Shown here one piece after another: positions 46,943 to 60,002 of a DNA stretch of 64,000 bases. The stretch is from the NCBI GenBank assembly GCA_964187785.1, contig OZ076409.1, positions 9,240,001 to 9,304,000 of the forward strand, written 5' to 3'. The position numbers and the translations under genes are program-made. This stretch comes from Amphiscolops sp. MND2022. Lineage: Eukaryota. Below the pieces are notes generated by a model. That model saw only the letters and a list, made by a program, of their open reading frames with translations, made no database searches and was not told where the DNA came from. How positions within the stretch are numbered: position 1 is the stretch's first letter; each line of letters starts with the position of its first letter.

Positions 46943-49900
46943 TGTAATGGAAATCTTTGAATAATTTTCCACTTGCCATTATTAATCATTGTCAATATTG
47001 AATAAAGTGATTCATCAACGTCAAGAGTTTCGACCCCCATTTAAAGTAAGATCATTCCAATTTTCTTCTACAATTTTTGGTGACCCCTCCGACAATTTTG
47101 AATGAACATGCCCACGAAAAAGTCAATCGCCACAATAAAGGCAAAACTTCACATTGCAAAAACTAAAATGGAGTCAGCGTTGAACAGTTTTTCAAAAGAA
47201 TTAGAGTCAGAAAAGCCAAACATTATTGCAATTAGCCATTACAAAAACACAGTACAACTAAGACTTGAAGACTTAGAAGAGAAAACTTATGAAGCAATTG
47301 ACGAAACCCCAGCAGAAGAACAAACCGAACTGATCGACCAGCTCTCGCAATTTCATCTACAAGTCGATGAGCTTGCGCAGAAAAGTATGCACATCAGCGA
47401 AACACAGGCGAACATAACGCCAGCGTCCACTTTTCAAACCATGACAGCTAATCAACAACCCGACGTCGCTAACAATCAAACAGGACGTGCAGCCAATGTC
47501 AGTTTCGACGCCATCAACGATGAAGAAGATCACAGACGACAACAGACCCAACCGGACAACAGCAACTCAACCCCACAGACTGTCAACAATCGTCAAGCAA
47601 ATGCAGCAGACAACCAAGAGGACCGACAAGGGTCACTGCCAACAGCATCCGCAGTCCATGCAGCTACGAATGCCACCGCAGACCACTATGGAATACCATA
47701 TGACCTGACATTTGGACCCTACTTGAACACACTGCCAAAGATGAACATTGAACCCTACACTGGGGACCCTCTACAGTGGTCTGATTGGAGAAGTCGCTTC
47801 GACTTCATGATCGGCAACACGCCACTCAGCAACAGCCAGAAGATCGCGTATCTACAAGGATTAGTTACAGGAAAAGCAAAAGACGCCATTCTTCATTTCC
47901 ACTGCAACGGACAATTCTACAATGATGCCCTGCAGGAACTCGAAAGAAAATTTGGAAAAGCAACGACAATTGTCAATGCGTACATACAAAAACTCCTGGA
48001 CCACCAACCACCAATCAAAGGTAACCCTGAATCATACATCAACTACACAACATTCATCAAAGGAATGATCCGCAATCTGCAGCACTTAGAACACACAGCT
48101 GACCTGGAATCAACAACAAACTTGCGACATGCCATCAAGAAAATACCCACCTCAGATCTTATACGATGGCAACAATACATCGTCAACCGCCGCATCGACC
48201 GACCAAATCTGATTACCTTCTGCGATTGGTTGAAGCCGATAACAGAAGCATACGAGCTACTAGAAGACAATGATAACCAACAACTACATACACTACAGAC
48301 ATTCACAACACAGACCATCAACAGCAAAGGATCAACAAGTCAATCAGCAACCTGCCCTCTAGGAGATGGACGACACCAAATTTTCAAATGCCCAATTTTC
48401 ATCGCACAGAGCCCGGAAGAGAGACAGATGACTACAAGAAACAGTGGTCTCTGTTTCAACTGCCTGAATAAAGACCACCGCATTGCCAACTGCCCTTCAA
48501 AGAAGAACTGCCAACATAGCAACTGCAATAAACGACACAACACTTCACTTCATAGAGACTTCCAGATAGCCGGTAGCTCATCACACCTCACCGGAAGACA
48601 AGGATTCAGAACAAACAACAGAAATCAGCCACTGGAAGCATCTCAAGACAAAAGCCCGAGCCACAAAGGAACAACTGCATCAGTTCAGGTGACACAAAAG
48701 ATATCGACAAACAACTGCCTTCAAAGGAACACAGAAGCCGAAAACTACAGAACAGAGACACATCAGCCAGCAGCCACTTTGCAGATTTTACCAATCAACC
48801 TGCACAATCAACACCGCTCTACAGCAGTGTATGCTCTACTTGACAGTGGAAGTACGTCAAGCTTCCTCACAAAGAACATAGCAGAAAAGCTGAAACTCAC
48901 CCCGAAGACAACAACGACACTGAAGATTAAAGGATTCAACGCAACACAGACAATCAACAGTACCGTAGTTGATCTACAACTATCTGATATCGAAAACAGA
49001 GAAACACATAAATGGAGAAACGTCTACATAGGCGACAACGACCAACTGCCAACAGTTAAAGAACACCCCAAACAGATAGCCGACAAATATGGACATCTCA
49101 GAGACATCCAAATGCCACAGCTCAACAACCTGAACGTAGAAGCACTACTTGGATGCGACATGTATGCTCTCATTATAGCTAGAGAAATTCGAGAAGGAAA
49201 CACAGAGCAACCCATTGCCGTCAGAAGCCGCCTCGGATGGACCGTCGCTGGACCGAATCAGCATTGTACACCAACGAATGATGTGTATTTTTGCCAAACA
49301 TGTGAAAGCCACGACCAACAACTGTTTGAAGATGTCAAAAGTTGGTGGAAAGTGGAATCTTATGGACCCAGAGCAGCAACCGAAGACCCAACGACTAACG
49401 ACGAAGACAAAGCACTTGAAATACTCGCAGACACTTGCCGCAAAACAGATGAAGGACGATTCGAAACAGGACTCCTCTGGAAGTCAACTGAGGAACTGCC
49501 AAACAATCGCATTTACGCCGAAAACCATCTGAAGTCCCTACAGAGGAAACTCAAAGAAGACGACGACCTAGCACAGCTCTACAGAAAAGAAATACAGAAA
49601 GACTTGGACAAAGGATACATCAAAGAAATCAACGAAGAACAAGAGGAAGACAACACCAAGTGGTTTCTACCACACTATGGAATAGTTAGCCCGGCGAAAC
49701 CTGGAAAGATTCGCCGCATTGCGAACGCCGCCGCTGTCTTCAATGGAACATGCCTCAACGATCATCTACTACCTGGACCCGCCCTACTGAACGACCTAGT
49801 TGGAATCATACTACGCAGTCGCGAGAAGCCAATACTCATCACCGCCGACATAGAAGGTTTTTTCATGCAAGTTGGAGTCCGGAAAGAAGATCGCAAATTC

Positions 49901-52720
49901 TTGCGATTTTTGTGGAACGACGACTTGAACAAACCACCGAAGGAATTCGAATACCAAAGACACATATTTGGTGCCAGAGATTCACCCGCTTGCGCCATCT
50001 ACGCTTTACAACAAGCAGCCAGAGACAACGCGGAGAACTATCCAGATGTTCTCGAAACCGTGACAACGGACTTCTACATGGACGATTTTGTGAAATCCGT
50101 TGGATCAACCGAAGAAGCACTACAACTACATCAACGATTAAGACACGTTTTAGGAAGCCACTCCTTCAACCTTATCAAGTGGTGTAGCAATTCCCGAGCA
50201 TTCTGCAATGAACTGGATGAAACCCTATTGACGAACGAGAAAGACGAAATCTTCACAAAGAACAACAGACAAAAGGTACTGGGAGTTTCCTGGTTTCCGC
50301 TCACTGACATGTTTGCAGCTCATATAAACAAACACAACCCGGACATCCTCCAGAAATGGACTCAACGCAAACTGTTAGGACTCATTACACGACTTTTTGA
50401 CCCACTGGGAATAACAGCACCTGTCACAATTGTCATGAAGGTAAAGTTACAAGAGATATGGAGAAACGGACAACATTGGGACGATGAACTACCCGAAGAC
50501 CTTCAACAATTCGTCAAGGAATGGACCACTAATACAGCACATTTGAATGAAATGAAGATCCCTCAATATTACAATCTGCCAACCGCTCAGCCAATAGAAC
50601 TACACGTCTTCTGCGACGCCTCAACTCAGGCCCTCGCCACAGTCATTTTCATCCGATTCGCACACAAAACAGTCTACCAAACGAAATTCGTCATGGGAAA
50701 AACAAGAGTCGCCCCACTGAAACCACAGACCATTCCAAAGCTGGAACTACAAGCAGCCGTCTACTCATGCCGATTACAAAGAGCATTCATCAAAAACACG
50801 ACCCTGTCATTCTCAAAGATCACACACTGGACTGACAGCACAGTTGTCTTACATTGGATCTACAACATTAACAACCGACAGAAAACGAATATTGCCAATC
50901 GACTACACGAAATACGACACACGACAGCTATAGATGATTGGAAATACGTACCTACAAAACTCAATCCAGCCGACGAAGGAACCCGAGGAATCAAGCAACA
51001 GAACTCAAGCACTCACAATGGATGAATGGACCAGCATTTCTCAAGTTGCCTTCACATTTATGGCCTCGAACTATCGAAGACACCACACCCAACACCCTGG
51101 ACAATATGCCGACATCAAAAACAGACGACATACAAACCTACAGCCTAATCTGCAATACACCGCATACCTTCGTGGACTACAAACAATTCTCATAGTGGAA
51201 AAGATTGCTTCGAACTACCTTCTATATTCTCAAGACATTGGATCTTGCCAAACGACGACTATCCACAGTAAAAGAACGTTATCAACGGAGTAAAGACATT
51301 CTTTTCAGAGTCGCACAAAGTGAAAGCTTTCCAGAAGACATCAAGGACATCCAAAGAACACAAACCGTTAAAGCACGCAGCACGATTGTCAGCTTCAACC
51401 CATATCTCGATCAAGAAGGAACACTTCGATCACTCAGCCGACTTCAAAAAGCCCCAATCAACTTTCGAATAAAAAACCCTCAAATCGTAGATGCCAAACA
51501 CTACATCATACGACTCTACATACAGCACATACACGAAGATGAAGGACACGTAGGACTAGAACACAAGAGAGTAATACTGCAACAAGAACACTGGATGACC
51601 CATTTGACAACCACACTCAAACAAATAATCTACAACTGTTTCATCTGCAAACGCCAACGTCAACTACCTAGTCAACTCAAAATGGGTAACCTGCCGGAAT
51701 TTAGATTCGAGAAGACACCTGCAGCTTTCGAAGACATTGGAATGGACTACTTTGGACCCTTTCCTGTATATCAAAGAAATCAACGCACCAGCCAATACGT
51801 CTGCATTTTCACCTGCTTCAGAACAAGAGCAGTGCACTTCGAAGTTGTTGAAGACCTGACAACTGACTCATGCTTACTAGCGATCAGACGATTCACAAGC
51901 CGACGAGGAAAACCAACAAGTATAACATCTGACAACGCGAGTACATTCCACGCAGCAGCCAAATCCTTGGACCTGGGAAAGATAGAAGAAAAACTAGGAT
52001 CCCAACAAATTGATTGGAAATTCATACCCCCTGGAACGCCACATGACGGAGGAGCTTGGGAACGTCTAATCAGGATGGCAAAAAGAATCCTCTACTCAAT
52101 GTCTGGAACCCAAAGTTGGACCCAACAGACATTCAATACCTTCATTTGCCAAGTGGTAGGAATTATGAATAGCAGACCTCTGACAAAAGCTTCAGCAGAT
52201 AGCAACGACATAGAATGCCTCACACCCAACCATTTCATCATCCCACGACGCAGCAACTTCTCAACGACAACATTAGAGGCTAACAAACACACCGATAGAC
52301 TAGTTCAACTAAATAGACAGTGCGAGTCAAATGCCAATCAATTCTGGACAAGGCTCATGAAAGAGTACTTGCCGACTCTCAGGCCCCAATCAAAGTGGCA
52401 TACGACCAAAGATCCCATAATGAAAGGTCAAGTGGTGTGGATTCTTGAAAACAACTCGCCCAGAGGACTATGGCCCTTGGGTCTTGTGACAGAAGTTTAT
52501 CCAGGGTCGGACAACATTGTTCGAAAATGAAAACTCAAAACGAAAACTGGCGAAACTGTCAAGAGTGCCCACCAGTTATGTCCCCTGGAGTGTAATGGAA
52601 ATCTTTGAATAATTTGCCACGTGCCATTATTAATCATTGTCAAAATTGAATAAAGTGATTCATCAACGTCAAGAGTTTCGACCCCCTTTTAAAGTAAGAT
52701 CATTCCAATTTTCTTCTACA
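46943..52720 (+). mobile_element. BEL/Pao LTR retrotransposon, full length (5,778 bp)
   Basis: 130-bp LTRs at 46943-47072 and 52591-52720 (4 mismatches by eye). 5-bp TSD acaag/acaag. PBS tggtgacccc (tRNA-Trp-like). Confidence 0.96.
47102..52590 (+). pseudogene. gag-pol: BEL/Pao gag-pol polyprotein with one frameshift (~51000) and two premature stops (51193, 52528)
   Basis: Three Gag Cys-His motifs (including CFNCLNKDHRIANC and CQHSNCNKRHNTSLH), PR LLDSGS, RT FYMDD, RNase H LHVFCDAS, integrase GMDYFGP/SDNA/GAWERL, terminal LCPLE. Confidence 0.95.
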
Positions 52721-55700
52721 ACAAGCTTGTGGGACGTGTCTGGACTTTGAGACTGCCGGCACGTTGCCTCGGAGCTCTAATCTGAGGAGTCTACTCAGAC
52801 GTAAGTCCCCCTAGGAGACCATTTTGGGACCAAAAACTTATGTCTAGGTTGTAGTAAGACAACGGTCTCCTGTCCAAGCAATCTAGGCATCGTCCCACTT
52901 CTAGAATGTACGCTGCTAGCTGGACGTTACACAATTTCAAAAACAGTTTCGATGATAGAAAATTTGAACATGAACAAATGCACTGCGTTTTCTGAAAACG
53001 TGACCAAAATTAATTTTCAAAGAAATTGAATTAAATCAATTCAGAGAGATTTTTCTAAAAACCAAATTGAGAAAATTTGATGTGAAATTCGTGACCTACT
53101 CAACGACGTGGCGAGGTTGGGAGATTCCGAATATCCGAATAGCAAAAATAATTGCAAATTATTCAAATTTTGTAATTACGTCTGATGAGTTGATTATAAA
53201 CCGTTGTCAGAGACAGTGAATTCCATCCAAAAATTTCTTTAACCCCGATAGTAATTTCAACCTCAATTGAGGATAGCGATGTTTTTCGCAATCAATAAAA
53301 GTTTGCGAAACAGAGAATATACAAAAAAAAACAAAAACTGGTCTTTCTCATCGACAATCTATTGGAATAACTGCGGTGAGTTATTTGTGTCAATATAGTT
53401 TTTTCGGGTCACCGGCAAAAGAGTAACTAGAAAAAGTGAAAAAAGCAAAACAATACTTTTCAAAAAATTTGTTTTTTTTCTCAATATCTGAGCAACTGTT
53501 TGCAGAGTTACTGTCCCACTCTAGTAACACAGTAGGCCATTGAAAACCCATATAGAAGTTTTTTCAATGAAGCTTCAGCTATGAGTACGCCTGTGATAAG
53601 GATTTGAGCTGCGGTTATTATTCGTGGAGAAATGACGCTTTGAAAAATTTTTGCTAAAACTTTGTCACTTTCTGAACTTCGTGTACTGTCGAGGTTGAAA
53701 TCCAATAAACACTGAATGTAATTTTTCTGCTAATTTTGACGCTGGCTGTGTTATAGAACTGAAATGAGAAAACCTAATGGGCTTAGGTCAGCGATGAAAA
53801 ACAATGGTCCCTCAAGCAATGAGTAATGTATTCAACAAGTCTTACTAAAGTCGTCTAAACTTCTTTGTTCGGTGATTGACGCTTGCTGTAAGCTGCACTA
53901 TTCACTAAGTCCAAACATTTAGAAGCTTAAGTGTTCATTCTTCGAGACTTTCATATCAGCGTTCCTTACTGTCTACGAAATTATTGAACTTAATTAATCT
54001 CAGATAACAAGAGCGAATTTGCGTTGGTTTGGTTTAGAATAAAATATTATTTATGTTCAATTTGTTTGTACTGAGAGTTTTCATCATTTAAGACCTAAAA
54101 CAATGAAGTAGTTTACGCACTGTTCGAAAAAGTAAAGTATGCCTTAATCAATTTTGTCCAACTGAGGCTACAAAATTTCGAAATTGATAGGAGAATTAAC
54201 GAAAAAGTTGGAATTTGCTGAGTGATGAAAATTTCAAAATAATACGAGAGGAGAAAATCAAATATATCAAAATGGAACCCAAAAAAATCTCCACCCAAAA
54301 AAGCCAAAGGAATGTTTTTTTGTTTTAAAGACATTGCTTGCCTGAAATTCTCATTTTGCGTAAATGCTAGTCATCTAGTGTGAATCAGAGATGCAGATTT
54401 TCAAAGATACAGGGAAGTTTTACAAAATTTTCTAAGATGCAAGGAAGTTTCACAAGATTTCTCCCTGCATGATCCCTGAAAGACATCGGTTATAACGTTA
54501 TTAATCTTTTGAATTTCAACTTCGTCTCGTCCCCTAGTCGAGCCTCCATGAACTTTTTAGATGTTGCATGAATGCATGCAGGGAAACTTTTCAAAAAACC
54601 TAGAAAATTTAGGTTCATGCAGAGAAAAATCTTGTAAAACTGCAGATACGCTCTATTTCATGAATAAGTACAAAAGAAAGGCGGTACAGTTTAGCTAAAA
54701 AATAAGCAGCTCCGAGTCGAATAAAAACTTCGAGCCACCGATTTACAGAATGACAGTGGGTGGAGGTAACCTTCCGATTTTCAGAAGAAGGTGTATTGTT
54801 CATTGACCAGCATCTCAGAAAATAAGGTTCGCTTTATACCACTGACAATTGCCAAACTTATATGAATGAAACGTTCATCATGATCGTATGTTTTTCCCAT
54901 CGTCACCTGATTTTCATCTCTCATTTTTGTACAATTTTTGTGTCCCCGAGAATATTCCTCAAGAAACGGAGTCATCGGAATTTTCAAAATCATATTTTAC
55001 ATTTTTATTGAACTTTTGCCAACAAATCTGACGTAGCTAATATAAAATCAAAATTTAGGTTTCGTTGTAATTGAAGAGTTCGGGGAAAAAATTTCCGATT
55101 CCGGAAAAGCAATTCAAAATTTTGCTTTTGGTTTAGATTGTGATAATTGCAAATCCTTGCAATTGTATGAAAACCCTAATTGTGTCAAAACTCATTGTTC
55201 TGTAAGTGTGAACATTTCCAGGTCCGAGTTTCAAAGTCAAGAGCTTCAACTCAATGAAACTTAAGGATTTGAGGAAATATGTTCAGAATATGCACATTAA
55301 CCTCAAATCGACGAGAAAAATTCCGTCGCCATTCAGATCATTAGATCTCCTAAACTATTCGAGTCCAACAAACTATTTATATCAAATTATCAGGCAAACA
55401 TATTAGTTTCCGACTACGGAAAAATTGAAATGGAAAGCGTTTGCACACTTTTTCACACCAAAAGATACAGCATTGATTCAGCCGATGGAAAAGGTATGAT
55501 TCCAAAATTCAACAAGTCAGGACCGGCATAAGTCGGTGCCCAGTTCAAGTTTCAAAAAACCAAGCTTTTTAAATGTGCAAAGGTCTCTAATTTTTTAATT
55601 GTACAACTTCTCAGTGCCGGAAAAACCCCAAGTGTCACAGGCTGCCGCCTGTGATGGCCATTGGTATTTTCTATCATACAAGTACTTAAAGTACCGAAGA

Positions 55701-55979
55701 AACTTGAGAAAAAACAGCCTGAAATTTCGGAGTAACTTCTAAAAAAAGCCTGAATTTAAAAAATTGGCAAAAATTTGATAATATTCAATTGAAAGTCTTT
55801 TATTAGCATCAGCAAAACAAAGATAGATAAACATAAAATAATTTACACCTGTATTTTTCCGGATGTGTTTTATCTCACTGTTCATGCGCACTTGAGTAGT
55901 TCCTTCAGAAAGATCGTCACAAATTAAGACGCGGCTCAACCAGCTGTCCTAGGTCACCATTGTGGCAAACGTCCGGCTC

Positions 55980-58900
55980 TCAAAAACGGTAGTCCTAAAA
56001 TATATACAATCATCAAAATGCAACCAGCAATGACAAAGCAATTGAATTTCAATCATTTCCACTCAGTGCTGAGGAAAGGCGCATTGCAGACATTTAGGAA
56101 CATAAACACAATCACCCGTCAAACGCTAGAAGACATACTGGCCAAATTCCGGAAAACATATGTGTAGCCGGGGTGTCAAGATATAGCAAAACACAAATGG
56201 CACAGATTGATATTTGCCCCAAACACAATGAAGTTGCCCGATTTTCTAGAAGGGTTGAATCAAGGCACTGTAGAAGCCTCCGGTGAAAACACACAAAACA
56301 TGAGTGACCGCTTGCTGTACTCCGAACTATCACTAAAGCTGAAACGATCTGTCAATATGGCCTGATTGGAGAACGGTACATATGAAGAGATTAAGGCACA
56401 TCTCGAACGATAATTGGCACCTAATGCATTGGAAGAATTTGATGACCTTTCAATGGCTAGAATGGCATCAGCATCACCCAGTGATCGAAATCTTTTATCT
56501 AGTGACATTGAAACAAACATGAATGCTTAATGCTCAGACTGCGAGGAAGGCGAACAACCATTTTTGGAAAAACTCCCTTGAACTGAAACCGAAACGCGAA
56601 ATGGATGCAAAAAGCAGCTAATAGCCTCAACATCTAACCTATCCCGATTGCCCGACTAGCAGACAAATCAATCACCCTGGAAAGGCCCTGGAGCATATCA
56701 ATGTCCTATTAAGACCAGAAACACTGACAAACACGCTGACACCTCTGGTGATGAACGCAATTCCAAAAAGCCGAATATTGATGCAGCGTCTACATCAGGC
56801 TAATCGACATCCAAGAAGCCTGACTCGAAAAAATAATTTTGCTACGTCTCCAAATACATGACTACATGTCGGTCCCACGATACGTCATATCCGATGTTGC
56901 AATCATCCAATATAGCCAAAGTGTACATAGCCAAAAATACAAATGGATGAATACCCTCTTTCGTATGTCTGGCAGGCAGGAACAGATGTAAAATGCAAAA
57001 AGCTTGTCTCAAAGGTCATGAAAAAAAGTGCAGAACATTCGCGCAGAACCTATTTACTCCATAGATTTTACTGAAGACTTTCCGACCCAATTTCGCACAC
57101 TTCATTTGATCGAAGATTATCACCCTCATTACATCGATCTCGAAAACGGAACTGATCCATCTATACCGGGACTCTTCGTTTTATGAACAACACAAAGTAC
57201 AATTCAGGTGCGAGGACTACCATTCGACAGACGATGAGAACGATCCAGCTGTAGAAGACAAAAAATTCCTGCGGGCCTTTATCGAACTTTGGCAGCTGAA
57301 ACCTGAAATTATTAATTCCGAGAAAATAGAAGAAAACCAACTTGAAGAAGAGCCTCAAGACGAATATGGCGTGCAAGACGAGATTGCCTTCTTGCAAGTA
57401 TTAGGCGCCAAAGAAGGAGAGCCAGCCAATATACCCCTCTCAACGAACCTCGGAGGGACTGAAATATAAAAGACGAATGTTATATTTCCTGATGGACTTT
57501 GGAAAACTGACGATATGTGGACTTATAGACACTGGGGCCCTATCTAGTGCAACACCCGAGGCTGATCTCAGGAAAAGCCGCCTCTCAGCCTCAAAATTTT
57601 ATGTGAAGGGAGGACCCGCTCCTACAATCTAAAATATAGATATAGTCGCAAACCATCAACTAGATAGAATTTCCAAAAAAACAGAGTCGAGTTCAAATTT
57701 GAGATAGGAGACATAGAGCTTCACGGAGTTTTCATTGTCATGGAGAAATTGACTGGCCCTATCATAGGGCTGATGTTTTTACAACGTAATCACACTGTCG
57801 TAGTCGGAATCCTTAGCTTTCTCTACTTTTCTATGCAACTTGAAACGGCTGACCACAAGTACTCGACCGTAATGGAACATATACTTAGTCCTTAACACGT
57901 GACGATTCCACAAAATGACCGTAAGGTCGTTTCCACAAAATCCCAATTTTATCATGAAACTCAGTCATGTGAATCCTACACCCAAATGGCATCCTAACAC
58001 TAAGAACGGGACGTATAATGTTGTACCTTAATTGTCATTCTGTCAAAAGGAACCATGAGAATACCAATTAAGAATTTACCCGACCAACCTTACAAACCAA
58101 AGAAAGGGTACATATTGCTTCTTCTTGGTGATGACACCAGAACAGATGAAGCATGTCAAACCAGTGGTCTCAGCGACCACCTGGCATCGCTTGAACAACG
58201 AGAGTGAAGAACATGCAACTTCTTATATTAGCAGTCTCCTCAAAGCAAAGAAACAATGACCAATATGAGCAAAACTGATTTTCCAACACCAGAAAATCCA
58301 GGAGACGAGGAGTCCCACGCGCTAATCCAAGAACAGATTCGGCAAGATTTGCGTTCCCAACAAGAGGTTGAAAAACTGAACTCGCAAGGTAATGAAAAAT
58401 CGCGACACAGACTCTTGTAACTTTGACTGGTAGAACTCAAGGAAAGAACGAACTTCCTATTTTCCAAAAGACTTACAATGATATCTTGGATTCCTAAATT
58501 ACTTTAGAAGTTACACTCCAAAATTGTCATAGAAGTTAGAACTATTCTTCAAACTGCCCAAAAAGGTCGAAAAAGTACTCGTGACCACCGAATTGGTACA
58601 ACAATTCAATGAAATTATTCGCGATGTTGACAAATGTAGCCAGCTGGCTCTGAAGCAATGCTTGCCAATCAAACAGTTAGTCTTTATCACTGATGGAAGC
58701 TTGATGCAACAGGTTATGCCACCTTGACCGAAGACGGTCCAAATCAGAAATACACTTATCAAACAATCCTATGTCCTATAGCATATGGATCGAAAACATT
58801 TACTCTGTCACAGCCTAAAATGTCTAATTATGCGAAGGAGTCCACCCTCACAGATAACAAATTGGTAACGAGGTTCTTCCAGATCAAATAACTAAACTAA

Positions 58901-60002
58901 GACCTCCGCAACTCTGGAATGCTTGTGATTATATGGTCCAATTCAACTTCACCATAGCCCACATTCCCAGAAAAACAATAGGGCAGCAGACAATCTGCTG
59001 CGAATGGAAATGTAACCCAATGAAAAGTTGGTCTCAAAATCCGCAAAATTGTCAAAACCAGACCAATCGACGTCAATATCCAATCTGCCGGGGTGTCCGT
59101 AGAGGATCAAGTGTTCTTCAGTGATGATGAAAATGAAACATTTTGATTTGGGAGCAAAAGTCATTGAGCAAAAAACAGGATGCAAAGTTGATTGGAGAAT
59201 AACGTCGATGAAGTTCCTAATTTCACCCATAAACGACGCCAGAGGAATCAAATACTATTGGAAAAAACGATAGACCAATTGTGCTTCAAATGAAATCCAA
59301 AATTCACAAAGAAGAACTTTTCGAAGAATTTCGTCAGCAAGGTACAAACATTATTTCAACAATTTCGACCGGAGATTCCACAAAAACAACATCATTACAG
59401 GACAAGTTTATGATTAGACAGGCCCAATCAAATACCATCAGATACTTTTGGCAAAGCACCTATTACAGATCTATCACAAGCACGGGACGGCACACAGGCA
59501 TCCGGGCAAATCTAAAATGCTACAAGATTGTCATCAAAATTACCACTACCCAGGAATTGCCAAACGTGTCAAAAGATGTGTAGAAGACTGTCAAACTTTT
59601 TGCCAAAGACAAGTGACTCCTTACTTATACAATAAGACCTGAATTACTCAGTTTGCCGTAAAGGACGTTGGCCCAGAAGACGCCATGCACATCCACCTGC
59701 TACCAAAACTACCCACCAGTGGTAGATACCAAACGGTAATGACAGCAATTGATGTTTTCTCGTGATACTTCTTCGCCTACCCGCTAAATGAGGCAACAGC
59801 TGCAAATACTGCCGAAGAGATAATTGATATACTGATGAATTACCCATATTTGCCGACAACACTCATCACTGACAAAAGTTCAGCATTTACACCGGCAATT
59901 AGAGCGGAAGTACCACGTATTTTGGAAATACCACTCATGCGCTACTACCTAGCATCCACAAACAGTTGGAAAATTTGAAAGAACGCCCGACTCTCTCAAG
60001 AC
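55980..60002 (+). pseudogene. Heavily decayed Ty3/Gypsy gag-pol remnant (RT core apparently deleted), cut by the next element
   Basis: Gag-like LENGTYEEIKAHLER, protease GLIDTGALSS (~57520), RNase H-like VFITDGS (~58680), integrase zinc finger HPG...HYPGIAKRVKRCVEDCQTFC, LITDKSSAFT. Left boundary approximate. Confidence 0.8.

Larger units (their letters stand above)
46434..52931 (+). mobile_element. Solo LTR (~715 bp rejoined) of the element-B family, 3-bp TSD, interrupted by a BEL/Pao element
   Basis: 46434-46942 plus 52726-52931 is colinear with 43057-43773. 13-bp terminal IR tgtaacgtccagc/gctggacgttaca. TSD caa/caa. Confidence 0.88.

Noticed and set aside
46434..52931. CACTA/PIF-type DNA transposon (13-bp TIR plus 3-bp TSD)
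   Set aside because: The sequence is homologous to the paired LTRs of element B, which are flanked by a PBS and PPT.
53508..53705. Missing first exon of the permease or a separate membrane-protein gene
   Set aside because: No recognisable motif or convincing splice sites; 53000-55900 could not be assigned.
54385..54650. MITE with internal inverted repeats (acaagatttctccctgcatga / tcatgcagagaaaaatcttgt)
   Set aside because: Termini and TSD could not be defined.
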